The notes below the pieces were generated by a model. That model saw only the letters and a program-made list of their open reading frames with translations. It searched no databases and was not told the origin of the DNA. A DNA stretch of 64,000 bases from Camelus dromedarius (Eukaryota), in the NCBI RefSeq assembly GCF_036321535.1, contig NC_087438.1:37758001-37822000 (forward strand). Reading direction: 5' to 3'. Within the stretch, counting starts at the first letter, position 1. Each line of letters starts with the position of its first letter. The translations under genes were made by a program, and so were the position numbers. Below are positions 1 through 12,740 of this stretch, one piece after another.

Positions 1-684
1 TCTTTCCCATCACCAAATTATGAGCAGACTTTGAAATCTGACCTCCTTCACTTGTAACGTACAGACTCTTTTATGAGCTCACACATGTCTCGAAGCCTAA
101 CTGACTTAACTTTTAAGAAAAAGCTAAATTTCTAAATATGATGGTACAAAAAGAAATAAACAGATATTCCTTAGGAAAGAAACAAAATGTTAGTTGCCTG
201 ACTCTGAAATCCAGATACTCTGAACTATATATACTGCTTCCACTTTTCCAATGTTAGGATATATATAATGTGGACAAGTAAGAGGAAAATTTTAAAACAT
301 GAATTTTACATAAAACACATTATACAAATAAGAGCAATAAAGGTAAAAGCAATAAGTAAAAGCAGTTCAAATTTAGGAGGATTTTTTCATACCTATAGAG
401 AATTATTTAAGAAATATATATGTAGCTCTTAAAAGGTAGAAAGTATGTGGGAAAATGCCATTTTTCACAATAACAAAATTTATGTTATCAGGAGGCTGTG
501 AGGTTGCCAAGTTACTGAAAATAAGAGTTTCCAAAAACGTCTTGGCTCTTCTTCTGTCCTAACTGCTATCCAGTCTTACAATTTACCTATAAAACCATTA
601 TCCACTATATCAGGCTGCTTTGAATGTCTTATTAAGGGTGTATTTTTCATTTACCTGGGGCTTCAGTAATCATGATTATGTTAT

Positions 685-845
685 TGTATCAGTCAGGATC
701 CTCATGGTTCAAGAGAGAGCGACTCAATTTATATTGTCTTAAGCCAAAAGGTATATGTAGTTGAGGCCAAATACGTATTTGGGGAGTCAGTAGCTCCAGC
801 TGCTCAAAACACTATGGTATTTTTGGACTAACTCCTGGAATGGGG
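685..845 (-). mobile_element. Old MaLR LTR fragment (MLT1J/K/L-like)
   Basis: Starts TGTATCAGTCAGGATCCTCATGGTTCAAG...GACTCAATTTATATTGTCTTAAGCC, resembling the reverse end of old MLT1 LTRs; right boundary uncertain. Confidence 0.5.
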
Positions 846-882
846 AGAGTGATACATTAGTGACTGGCTAATATTTATGTTG

Positions 883-986
883 TAGAATGGGGTTTAGAGT
901 CAAGGAGACATGGATTTAAATCCCTATTCTATCACTTATTAGTGACCTTAGTACATAACTAAACTTAGTTTTCTCATGTATGAAAT
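883..986 (+). mobile_element. MIR SINE fragment
   Basis: GAGTCAAGGAGACATGGATTTAAATCCC...CACTTATTAGTGACCTT...TAGTTTTCTCATGTATGAAAT, a degenerate MIR core. Confidence 0.7.
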
Positions 987-1661
987 TTGTTTAGCAGGAG
1001 AGTTTCATTAGAGAAAAGAAGCAGCACTACCACGTACCTTCTCTTCTGGGGACCCCATAACCCCCTGGAAAAGACCAGCTCAGCTAGAAGAGCTTGTGTG
1101 GAAGCCACCAAGCAGTATACCAGGTTAAGACACACAGGTATTCCAGAGCATCTTGTTCTGTGGGGTGGGAGTCTTTAGAAAACATGATGCCAAGGATACA
1201 GCTGGACAGAAAAAAATGGAGAAATAGCAGCTGAGGACATAAGCAAAAATACTTCTACTCCCATCTACTGAAATGAAGAGTAGCAACAGTTCTACTTAGT
1301 GATTGCACTGTGAGTGCTGCTTTCTCTTAATCAATCAATAGTCAATGGTAAAACAATGCCTGTATCACAAGTGCTAGAAATATATACTTACATAAATGTT
1401 TAGAGACATTTTTAGGTTTCAATTAAGTTTTTTTGAAAATTTTGACATGCATTTTCAAGTTTTGTGAATTACTGAAAGAGGATGCTGAATTTAAAGTTAA
1501 AAAATACACATGAGTTAAATTATACAGTGAACATGGGCCACAGATTTAAATCTGTGTCAAGGGAATTAGACATGTAGAATTTATTTAGGAACTCTCAAAG
1601 CTTGAAACAGAGGCATGTACAAGGCCCAGGTCTGTAGGAAGAAAAGGAGCAAAGAGAATTC

Positions 1662-1850
1662 CTTTTATTTTTAATTGAAGTATAGTTGATTTACAATATT
1701 GTGTTAGTTTCTGGTGTACATTATAGTGATTCATATATATATATTCTTTTTCATTATGGTTATTGCAAGATTTTGAATATAGTTCTCTCTGCTATGCAGT
1801 GAGTCCTTGTTTGTCTGTTCTGTAAATAGTAGTTTGTATCTATGCAAACT
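1662..1850 (-). mobile_element. 5'-truncated L1 3' end with TSD
   Basis: T-rich tail then TTGAAGTATAGTTGATTTACAATATTGTGTTAGTTTCTGGTGTACA; flanked by CAAAGAGAATTC (1650-1661) and CAAAGAGGATTC (1851-1862). Confidence 0.9.
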
Positions 1851-2490
1851 CAAAGAGGATTCTTGAGTCTGATCATATACCAAGGAAAGTTCTTAGCCCA
1901 ACTTTCAAGTACATAATCTTACTCAGGGTCACTCAAGAAGAAAATTGCATATATACATGGCATTTTCCCCTCTAGTGAAAATCTAAAAGCAATTCACTTT
2001 TCACAGTACACAAAGGCAAGAGAGTATATTTTGGAAGAAAAGGTTATGTTGCTTCAGGGAAGTGCAGCTCTTGAGACATAGCCAAAATGTGTTTTTGTTT
2101 TATTTTCCAATTTATTGCTATTTTGCTCCCTAGTAGTCTAGTGGATTAAAAGCTATTAACTGCTTTTCTTATTAAAAAAGTTCAATCTAAATTATCCTTT
2201 TGCAAACTCAAGTCAAGATTAATAAACAAAGTACAACGTAAGAAGAAGAATAAACAACAAGGGGGGTTACTACTGAAAGTTTCAGGTTCTTCAGACTCTT
2301 AAAAAGTAGAAAGTATGTGGGAAAATGCCATTTTTCACAATAACAAAGTCAAAACAAAATGGAAATATTGGACCAATGAATTCTTCATCTTTGGCCTTGT
2401 CATTTATGATGTTGAACCAATTCATTTTAATGATTTTGGTCATATGTCCATGGAAGGGAAAACAAATGTTTTTCACAGACGCTTCTTCTC

Positions 2491-2835
2491 TATTTTAGTT
2501 ATCTATTGCTCTGTAAAAAGTCATCCCCAAACTCAGTGGCTTAAAACAATGACAGCTTTATTTTTCTGCTAGTATTGTTTGGAACCTCTCATGTTGCTGC
2601 AGTAAGATGGCAACTAAGCCTGGAATGTATAAATGGCTCACTCCCATGTCTGATGAGTGGCAGGGACATCTGGATGGCTAAGAACTCTCTTTCTACACAT
2701 GGTCTCTCCATGTGACTCAATTAGGCTTCCTTGCATGATGGTCAGATTTGTCACAAAGTATCTCAGATTCAAGAGGATGGGAGATACATTCCATCTCTCA
2801 ATGTGAGGGGTGTCAAGAATTGTGACCATCATACC
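2491..2835 (-). mobile_element. MLT1 (MaLR) solo LTR, MLT1H/I-like
   Basis: TAGTTATCTATTGCTCTGTAAAAAGTCATCCCCAAACTCAGTGGCTTAAAACAA ... GTGTCAAGAATTGTGACCAT. Confidence 0.8.
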
Positions 2836-4519
2836 TAGTCTTGAATGTTGTTAGTCAAAATGGTATCTTTTCCTTCTTTTTTTTTTCTTTATGTTTTTCA
2901 AATCATGGCATTTGTAGTCTGTCTTCATTGAATACAGAGATTTCATAGAGTTGCCTCTCCTTGTAGTGTGCCAGAACTTTGGCATTTCTAGTGGGCCCCT
3001 TGGAGACCAGAAGCAGGATTTCAACTCTGAGCTGAGATTCATCAAAGGAGGATCAGCTCAGTGTCAATGGTCAAGCCTTTGAGATTGCTTGAAAACTGTC
3101 AGGGCAAGCTAGTCCCAAAGATGCCTCAAATTCTGGGCAGGATCCAGCCTGAGTCTTGCATTTGTCACTAGGTGACTGGGCCCTGCCAAGCCCACAATGA
3201 AGATGTCCAACAAACAGACACACTACTGCTGACTCTGCTTGCCAGGACAAGGCAATAGGCCATTCTGCTCTTCCCTCCCCACACCCACAGCACAGCACAT
3301 CCCTTGATAATGACAGGTTTCATCTTTATTAAGTAAATCACATCAGCATTACAGCACTTCCATAAACTCCTTGACCTTGCCATATTGGCACAAACCAAGC
3401 ATTATGAGTACTTTGCCATGAAGTTTAAGTTGATTGCTTAGGGTGTTTACTTAAATGGCCATATCTGTAGATACACCTTGATCTTAACTATTGCATAATA
3501 AATAATGTGAACTTTTATCAAAAGGTAGCATTCATTTTTTGTTTTTCTTTTGAGATAGACATGTGGTAATGCTTTCCTATTTTGTTCTGAGAAGTCATAC
3601 AAATGAATCCTGGAAATTATGGGTCCAATTAGTCTTCTTAGATATAAAGCCCACATCTGTTTATAAAACATTTGACCTCAACCATTACCAATCGAATAAT
3701 AAGTTTCTAGATTTGGGGTGGCCTTTTGACTATAAAATACATATGGAGCATTTCAGTCATTGTTGTAACAGTTTTTAGCCCTATCAGTATAAATAAAACC
3801 AGTTTCAATAGAAATTAGGTAGTAAAAAGTAGTGTAGGGGTTATGAGGGGTTATTCCATAGTCAATTGTTTAAGTGAATGACTGCAGTTTAGGGATTTTA
3901 CTGATACCTGATGAAGAGAGAAATGAGGTGGGAGGAATAAACAGATTTCTTCCCTTGTAATGGAGAAAGTAAGTTCCAACAGAAACAGCCTAAACAAAAT
4001 CACATCCAAGTCCATATCCTATGGTGAAATTAAGGCAAGAGTTTTGGTTGCATAACATTGTTGACTATTCTGTGATATTGGAATCACAACAAAGGAGAAG
4101 GATAAGTATCAAAATGAGTAGTAAGTTCTGATAGGAGCCCCTTCACAAAAGGTGAGTGGAGGGTGAAAGGCATAGAAAAGTATATCAGCAACAATAACAC
4201 AACTCCTTCTTTCTTCCTCTCATCAGACTGTCCTTGTGACTTCATGATGGAAAGATTTTGTATCTAGAGATCCAGGGATAAGCACCAAGGCCTCATGCAG
4301 AGGTAGGAATTTCAAAAGAATTAAAGAAAGAATCAAGAGGAAACAAAGGCTATTTTATAAAGAAGAGATCTTTATTAGTCTTCTTTGATTTTAGTCCCTG
4401 TGATGATTCTAGTATCTTGTTTCTTTATTCTTCTTAGTGTCTCCTTTATTCTTCTTGGTATTTTTAACATCATTTTCCAGTTTCTCTCATTTGTATTTAT
4501 GCTGGCCCTTAGTCCTTTT

Positions 4520-4640
4520 TCTGACTGTATAGTGAGCACTTGAAGAGCAGCAGACCCACGTCTTGTATTACCATTGTCATTCTCTCCTGCCTAACACAGT
4601 GCTCTGGGTTCCCTGGGACTTAGTACATACTCTTGATTGA
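4520..4640 (+). mobile_element. L2 3' end fragment
   Basis: GACTGTATAGTGAGCACTTGAAGAGCAG...CCTGCCTAACACAGTGCT...TTAGTACATAC. Confidence 0.55.
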
Positions 4641-4744
4641 GAAAGAGAGATTGCCATATTCTAAATTAACACCAAGGATGTGAACTTGTTCTCTAATTTA
4701 CAGTGATCACCAAAGGGAAGATAATTACTGACATCTTTTGTGCT

Positions 4745-4965
4745 GGTTAGACAAAGAAACAGGTCTGCATTTGAGTACAGGTTTCAGTGGAAACTAACTA
4801 ACTATGGGCAATCTACTTAATCCCTTTAGGCCTAGGTATTGTCACCAATAACACAGGGATAATAATAGCCTATTTCTCCTTATGGGGTTACAAGAATTAA
4901 TTGAGATAATGTATATAAGGCATTTAAAGTATCTGGCGTATAGTTAGATTCAGTAACTGTTATCT
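4745..4965 (+). mobile_element. MIR SINE
   Basis: ACTATGGGCAATCTACTTAATCCCTTT...GGGATAATAATAGCCTATT...AATTAATTGAGATAATGTATATAAGGCATTT. Confidence 0.75.
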
Positions 4966-4968
4966 GTG

Positions 4969-4969
<1 letters not shown>

Positions 4970-5002
<33 letters not shown>
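4970..5002. repeat. (CAT)n microsatellite, about 11 units
   Basis: Read directly from sequence. Confidence 0.95.
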
Positions 5003-7068
5003 GATTGCACTGTGCCTATGATTTTTATGTGCTTCGGTTCTTGAAACTTACAACACTCACAGATGCTGGCCTGTTTATTAAAAAAGCTCCTTCCAGCATG
5101 ATCCTGGATCAAATAAATACATACTTCAAAGTATTTTCTTATTTTGAAGAATCCTTTCATTTTACTTATAGTAATTGCTGTGAAGTCTTTTATGAAACTT
5201 AAATTATATGCCTGCTCAGTCTTTTACTTTGGACATATCACCATTTGAAGACGCCAACTTTCACAAATTTCAGTTTGTAAATAACTAGTTTACTCTGTCT
5301 ATTGCACTTTTGTCACAGTACCTGCTTGGAATCTTCTCAGGCTGGATGTCATTTCTACTGCCCATTGTCCTTATTTAGGGTTGTTCTTAACCCTGCCCAA
5401 GCCCCAAGGTCATTTGGTGGTGGCATGTTATAAATAACACTATTACCACAATTAAAAGTTGGATCAGAGTAGCTTGGGAGGGAAATGTACTAACCTTTGG
5501 CTTGCAGTCAAGCATGGGTCACTGGGTTCATTAACACTATTTACTGTAGCTGGCCAAATACTCTTCTTTGGGTAGGTGATGGTTTTCAGAGTATGCCTGA
5601 CACTCAACTGGTGCAATTGGACCTTATTCCAATCATGAAATCAAAAATATTCACTGATGGCCTACTATGTCCTTTTATTGTATTTTTATGCAGATACCTC
5701 AAACTTTATAGGACTCTATTAAGCTATATAGGTTTTCCAAACCTAACCTTGTCAATATTTAAAATAAAATGTTTACTTATTGAAGAAATAACAAAATATG
5801 ATCCTAATGAAATGTATCATTTAATTACTTGACAACATATTACCTTGTGCCATCAGTGAGGAATATGGTGACCATTAATCTGAATTTCTTTCCAGCATCT
5901 CTCCCTCTTGCCTCAGTAGCAGTTAATTTGCTTTTGCTCAGGATAGAGGAATCAGGGCCAGAATGTTCTGGGGTGTGGGTATGTGTACCAGTCTCCGTAA
6001 TTTTCCAAAGTTCTCCAGGGAAATCTGGGATTCTGCACCTTGATTCCCTGCTGCTTCTGGAAACTACAAAGGAGCTCTCTCTTTCTCCCGGCTTCTTCCC
6101 TTTCTCTTTTTTCTTAGTCAGGCATCTTCTCCATAAGAATAGAGATCATCACATTAAAAAAAAATAGGAAAATTAAAATTAAAAGTGCTGATATAGTATA
6201 CAACCTAATTTTACAGTTTTCCTTTGCTGTAGTTTTTATTTCTTCTTTCTTTTATTTTCCTATTGATTCAAAGTTACAAAGAGAAGAACAGAATCCTATA
6301 AGGAGCACTAGCTTGCATACAGAATGAATAAAAGATTATTTTGGCATTCTTCAAGTAAAATATTGAAAATGGCCCATAGAGAGGATTATTTGTCAGGTTC
6401 TGAAAGAATTTTAGTGATCCAGTCAATATTCACAGTAGCAACATAATTAATGATCTATCTGAGGCCTTCCTAGGAATTATCTTCTTCATAACTGCTTTTG
6501 GCAGCCTGACCTCACTAACTGGGTTTAGCCATCTTTAAATAAGGGTGTTTGTGATTTAATTTGCTCAAGTTGGTAAATATTCTGAAGATAAAAGTACATA
6601 TATGTGTATGTAGAATCTAGCATGTATTTATTCAGTCAATTTTAGGTGAGCTATTATATTTGTATATTCTCATAGCAGTTAATATCCCCTTACTGACAAT
6701 TTGTAATGCAATATAATGTGCTTTGTGGATATTATAAATAGAATAAAATTTAAGCATTAATAGTAAAACATCTATGGCTTTGATTTGTTCCTGACTTCTC
6801 CACTTAGATCATCAACATTTATTGAACTGCACACAATAGTTTTGCAGTAGGTTTAAGGCAAGACTGATGATTTCAAACAGAACTGTAATGATTTCAGTAA
6901 TTGTTTACCTAAGGAATTGAAAATTTCCATGGAATTCCTTCCTATTCAGGTTTGGATATGAATGAAAAGAACAAGAAAATATATAATCCAGGAGCTATGA
7001 AAATAACTTGGGAAGACTATTAAAGCAAAGTATTATAATGTGTCATTGATCAAAAAATTATTAATTTG

Positions 7069-7529
7069 AATGACAACATAATGCCATTTGCAGCAACATG
7101 GATGTCCCTGGAGAATGTCATTCTAAGTGAAGTAAGCCAGAAAGAGAAAGAAAAATACCGTATGAGATCGCTTGTATGTGGAATCTAAAAAACCCCAAAA
7201 AAACAAAAACAAAAACCATAAATACAAAACAGAAACAGACTCATAGACATAGAATACAAACTTGCAGTTGCCAGGAGGGAGGGGGGTGGGAAGGGAAAGA
7301 CTGGGAGTTCAAAATTTGTAGATACTGACAGGCATACGTAGAATAGATAAACAAAATTATACTATATAGCACAGGGAAATAAATACAAAATCTTGTGGTA
7401 GCTCACAGCGAAATGTGACAATGAATATATGTACGTTCATGTATAACTGAAAAATTGTGCTCTAAATTGGAATTTGACACAGCATTTTAAAATGACTAAC
7501 TCAATAAAAAAAAGTTTAAAAAATAAAAT
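7069..7529 (+). mobile_element. Young 5'-truncated L1 3' end (camelid-type), about 460 bp, with TSD
   Basis: ATGCCATTTGCAGCAACATGGATGTCCCTGGAGAATGTCATTCTAAGTGAAGTAAGCCAGAAAGAGAAAGAAAAATACC ... A-rich tail; TSD AAATTATTAATTTG (7055-7068) / AAATTATTAACTTG (7530-7543). Confidence 0.95.
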
Positions 7530-9909
7530 AAATTATTAACTTGTACATCAACTTTAATTGCATAACTGTTGAGCAACCATATCCATTAAAATGTTCCTTT
7601 GCTCTAAAATAGAGCAAATTACTTTAATATCTGATTTAAATTTTGATTTTTATTTGCCTTTATAAGTCCAGGAAATATTCTGTTTTTTTGGCTCTGTCAA
7701 TTAAGATCAACCTCCGAAAAGATCTTGTTTGTAAATACCAGCATTTCCAATGTGGCATCTAGCTAGCATGCCAATCATTAATAAAGTAATATAGGGCAAG
7801 ATGACTCAACAAAAACATATTTTCAACTCATTCCATATTTCAATTTGTGCAGGCTATTTGATGACACATTAACAAATTATAATAAATTTTTCTCATGAGA
7901 ATTTGGCCCAATGTCAAACTGACTTTGAAAAAAAGATCAAAGCTGTCCAGTCAAATTAATTCTGACTTGACATACTTGTCTTTGGCTATTGAAATTTGAC
8001 CTCTTAACACTTCGTGTATTTATTGCTCCTCATTGCTCCTCAGATTGTACATGAATGGATTTTATTTTACTGAGGAAAATCTCACCATGTCTCTGCCAGC
8101 TGAATATTTAGAAATGCGAAAGAGATTTGGTATCTCTGCATGCCCGCCACCCCCCGTACATTTTTCTCTATGTGTCTCATACATTCTTTTGTTCTGGTGA
8201 AAACCTAGACATAGAAAGAAGAGAAATAGAAGGCATTCTGGTATGTCTTTTGCTGACTCCTCAATAGTTTGGGTTTGTAAAAGATCACAGGTCAGAAAGG
8301 ATTTGAAACTCTCATGCTTTGGAGCTTCCAACTTCTGCTTGAGCAATGTGACAAGAGTTTGAGATGCCCTTCCAAATGTGCCTGGCTTAAGTTACAAAAA
8401 GTGTTAATAGCTTTGACCTCTTCAACTATTACATGAAGAAAAGGCTCTAGTCACTTAAGGGCCACCCTATTGTAATCTCTCTTTGAAGTGAGTCACGTAC
8501 TGATTTCCTCTCAGGAAAGTTAAAACCAAAATATGTTTATTCAGTAGGATTCCTTTTTACTTTAAGAACCCCAAACATCTGAGATTTGGTCAGTAAGATT
8601 AAAAGATAGAAAATTAATGCATTAATTTGAAAAATGTGTGCCAAGTACTGAACTAAATTACTACCAACCTGCAAAGGCTTCATTTACTTTCCAATGTTTA
8701 TGCAAATGGACATTCTATTAGTAAACTGAATGAAAGTGAATAAAATGAAATTTAGTATCTGGCATAACCACATGAGACAGTAATGGACACGGTCATAAAA
8801 ATCAGAGATCTCTACTACTGATTAAATGGGCCTGTGTAGATCCCAGCTACTGTTAGACTGATGAAAGCCTTGTTAATTATACTCACCACTGGTGTATTAA
8901 GACTTAGGAATATTTGAAATGAGGGCTTCGCAGGATTGTTTCATTGTGATTCCAGGGGGTACAATATTTTAGAAGCACCCTGGAGTTCTATTCTTTGGTA
9001 AACAGAACCTAGCTCTAAATCATGCCTCTGATTGTCCAGTAGGCCCTTTTCATTAAATAATAATGATTATAATGAAACATTTATTAAATCCTTACTTCAT
9101 TAAGGAGTTTGGATGAGCCTGTCAGATTTAGCCATGTTATCTGAGAAAGCTGAAAAACTGGCAGAATCATCTCTGAGGCTGTTTATTCCAAAGCCTAGTT
9201 ATTCCTTTATGAACTGTGGCCATGTGTATCGATCGGGTGGCTGATAGACTTAAAAATCAGAGACAAATGGAAATGTATGCTTAGCCTTCCTCTACTATAT
9301 TTAAATATCTAAAATCAGAATGTACCTTGCATAATGTTTCATAGCTAAATTGCAGTGTTTTTTTTTAACCATTGATACATATTATAACGGTCCATCTTGC
9401 AACTGATGGGGTGGTATATACAATGAAATGTGGTAGCTTCTATTGTCTGATATTATCTATTAAATACATAGGATACACAAAAGAATAAAAGATAAATATT
9501 GTATGATTTTTCTATCAGTCAAGATCCATGACTTCTTATCAGTCTATGAGTAGAACCAAGAAATCCTCTTTATACTTCTCTATTTTCAGGTTCTGGGCTG
9601 GTAATATTGCCTGTAATAATTTTTATTAATTTGTATGTGTGTATTTAATGTCTGATTAAACTCTTCATGGATTGTTCTCAGTGGTGATAGTGGAATAGCA
9701 CTCAATTTTTTATTGACAGAAGCTACCGAGCCTAACCAAGAAAAAGTCCCTTTAGACAGATTGCCCCAACTGATTCTATCAATATTGAATTCAAATCAGT
9801 GGAAAGTCAGGTTTCCCAGAGAAGCTAAGAAACATCTTGGGTGAAATACTGAGACACTGAATTTCAGAGCTTGAGCTATTCAGCTAATAGGGATTGAGTT
9901 TAACTGTTC

Positions 9910-9942
9910 TTGTTTTGTTTTGTTTTGTTTTGTTTGTTTTTT
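9910..9942. repeat. (TTTTG)n microsatellite
   Basis: Read directly from sequence. Confidence 0.9.
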
Positions 9943-10235
9943 ACCATATGAATTCTGGGATACTGGGATGCAGTCTAGCATAGAGCTAGTCCTTAATAGT
10001 TGACACATTCTATCTTTCTCATACAGAGTGTTTAATTCTATAGGCTGACATGCTCAAGCCGATAGGACTGGAATTCCCTAGAAAAGTGGATGTAAACATT
10101 TTGACCATAGTTCTAAATACACTCTGTTCTACATCCTGACATAATATATATGCACACACATAACTGAAATCCCTACATAAATGAGAATGTCACAAACAAC
10201 ATTTACCGTTACAACTTTTAACCTGTGATTTACTC

Positions 10236-10290
10236 TGATCTGTTCTATTCTATTCTGTGCTGTTCTGTTCTGTTCTGTTCTATTCCATTC
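10236..10290. repeat. Compound (TGTTC)n/(TATTC)n pentanucleotide repeat
   Basis: Read directly from sequence. Confidence 0.85.
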
Positions 10291-10299
10291 CTATGTCAT

Positions 10300-11160
10300 T
10301 TTTAATGCTAACTTCTATTTTTTCCCTTTTATATATGAAAAAGTTCATATATCACTTGATATAGTCAAAATCAGTACATATAATGTAAACATATTGTGAA
10401 GCATAGTAATAAACAGACTTTAATACTCCCATAAAATATTATGAACATGATTAAAGCCCTCTGTGCTCTTCTTGGTACCGACCCCTGCCTTGTGAACAGA
10501 GATTACTACTCTCCTGAATTTCTTTTAATTGTACCCTTGGTTTTCTTTTTACATTCGTCACATAGATTTATATTCTTAAACTATATATTTAGTTTTGTTT
10601 GATTATAAATTTTATTCTTCCTTGATTTGATTTTTTTCACTAAATATTACTTTTTTAGTTTATTTACTTTCACTGCTGTATAGTATTTAATGGTGTAACT
10701 ATACCACTTAATCCTCTCTCTTCTTTAATTATAATATTATAAACATTCTTGCGTTATCTCTTGGAGCATATGCAAGAGTTTTTCTGGAATTAGAATTTCT
10801 AGAAGATTATGAAGAGTTTCTAGAAGAGTATAGAATATTAAACATAATGTATAGCCAAGTTATTTTCCAGTGGTTAACCAGTTTATATTCCCATCAACAG
10901 TGTGTAAGATTTCCTGTGGTCCACATTTGGCTAGTGTTCAGAATTATAAGATTTAAATACTTTGCCATATAGTGGATATAAAACTAATGATCTTTCTTTT
11001 AAAAATTATCTGACTTCTGAAGTAGTACTTTTTAGTATAAATACTGGCCTTATATCTCTTCCATTAATGAGTTTTGCCTATTTTTCTGCCGCGTTATTTC
11101 TATTTTTTCTCATTTGTTTATATAATCGAGATTATCTCCTCATCTCAAGATTTTTAATTT
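10300..11160 (-). mobile_element. Old L1M (L1MC/ME-like) 3' region
   Basis: Antisense L1M hallmarks: CTACTCTCCTGAATTTCTTTT, CTGCTGTATAGTATTTAATGGTGTAACTATACCAC, CCCATCAACAGTGTGTAAGATTTCCTG. Confidence 0.7.
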
Positions 11161-11169
11161 AATTACATT

Positions 11170-11263
11170 TACAACAACCCTTTTTCTTCAAGTGGGGTGA
11201 TACTCACAGGTTCTGAGAATTAAGACATGGACATATTTTTTGAGGGCCACCATTCAACCTACT
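11170..11263 (-). mobile_element. MLT1 LTR terminal fragment
   Basis: ACTCACAGGTTCTGAGAATTAAGACATGGACATATTTTTTGAGGGCCACCATTCAACCTAC. Confidence 0.7.
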
Positions 11264-11824
11264 GGAGGAGGTTTGGGTATATTCTTTGTATCCCAGCATT
11301 ACTTTCAAGCTGTTATGTTCCTTTATTTCTGTGCAAACCCCCTGCTAATTTGAAACTGATACCATCTTGTTATGTGATTTTATGCCCCTCCTCTTTGTTT
11401 TAATTTGCAGCTTTCCTCCTCTTCCAAGTTTGTATCTGATCTGCATGGATAACTCGATCAGTGTCCAGTTTCTCAGTCTCTTCCTGACATCACTTCTATC
11501 TTCACCTCCACATTTGAGCCAACTCACACTTATGACTATCCTGGGGGCTTATGATGACTTCAAGTTTACTTTTTTAACTTAACTGTCATTTTTATATTCA
11601 GCATATCAAGATGTCGTTTCAGATCTCATATCCACTTACTTTTCCCTACATGTGTTCTTCAACATCACTGTGACCTAGAGTTTCACGATCCCTCATTTTC
11701 ACCCTATTGGTAAGTCCTCTAAAGGGCTCAGTGATTGCTATCTGGTAGTAGTAGCAGAAGGATTAGCAATTCATAGTCCATCAGCTTAACCACTTCCTGG
11801 TCAATGTTCTCACTTCTCCCTCTC

Positions 11825-12173
11825 TTTTTTTTTCCTAAGCCAAACTGTATCCATCTTTATTAAAGATACTTTTCATAAACAGTCATGGTATGTCAGGCAG
11901 GACATGGGGCAAATAGTCAATAACAGTATATAACAGCTTTGAAACTCTCTTTTTCAATGGACTACCAAAATCAGAAAGCCACTGTTAAACTCAGTGAAAT
12001 CTTCATGTGATGCTCTGAACAGGGAAAATTTAGAGTGAGGGTTGACATTTTACATTTAGCACATTGTTCAATGACTTTTCACAAGCCAATCCCGACTTTC
12101 AGGAAATGAAAATGAAAAAGATAGAATTATCGATCTGAAGACCCACAGTCTAGAGAAGAAACCTCTGCTCTTT
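11825..12173 (-). pseudogene. HMGN2: 5'-truncated processed pseudogene, HMGN2-like terminal 3'UTR only (no CDS)
   Basis: Minus strand ends ...GTATCTTTAATAAAGATGGATACAGTTTGGCTTAGG then A9. AATAAA is at plus 11856-11861 and poly-T at 11825-11833. The body (CATGGTATGTCAGGCAGGACATGG, CAATGGACTACCAAAATCAGAAAGCCACT, GATGCTCTGAACAGGGAAAATTTAGAGTGAGGGTTGACATTT) matches my recall of the HMGN2 mRNA 3' end; gene assignment is from memory, not a search. Confidence 0.75.
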
Positions 12174-12199
12174 CATTCTCGTATCTGACCAACCCCAAG

Positions 12200-12460
12200 C
12201 CTGAATCAGTTACAACAAAATACACACAGTCCTTACGCTCATGGACCTTCAGGCAGATTGCAGAGAGAAGCATGAAGAGATAATGAAAAGTGCCATTATG
12301 GTTCTAAAAGTGAAAGGACAAGAAGCTGGTTTAGGAGAATAAGTTATCCCTGAAGAAGTGGCACTTAACCTGAAACCTAAACAATGCTAAGCACTGATTA
12401 AGTGAAGACTGAAGAGAAGAGAGTTCTGGCAGTTTGAGAAACATGCATAGAGACCAGATA
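12200..12460 (-). mobile_element. L2 fragment
   Basis: ACAGTCCTTACGCTCATGGACCTT...CCCTGAAGAAGTGGCACTTAACCTGAAACCTAAA...GTTCTGGCAG. Confidence 0.6.
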
Positions 12461-12469
12461 GTCAGGTAA

Positions 12470-12740
12470 TTCTAATCTTCATGCAGGTTACTTTCTCTGT
12501 GAAGCCTTTCCTGATTTCCTGTGTCTAAGTCAGACATGCCTTCTTTATCCCTCTCCAGGAATCATTCATTCTCCTTCCTTAGCATGTCTCACAATATGTT
12601 GTACTTACCTGTTTTCTCAACTTTCTTCCCCACTGGGCTCTGGAAAGAGTTTGGTATTTGACTTGTTTTTCATAATATCTCATTGCCTAGACAGTATCTT
12701 ACCTATAATAGAGGCTTAATAAAATTTTCCAGTTAATTTA
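12470..12740 (+). mobile_element. L2 3' end
   Basis: TTACTTTCTCTGTGAAGCCTTTCCTGA...TTGCCTAGACAGTATCTTACCTATAATAGAGGCTTAATAAAA. Confidence 0.7.

Noticed and set aside
2291-2480. Minus-strand ORF as a hAT transposase remnant
   Set aside because: Only a vague resemblance, with no TIRs or diagnostic motifs that I could confirm
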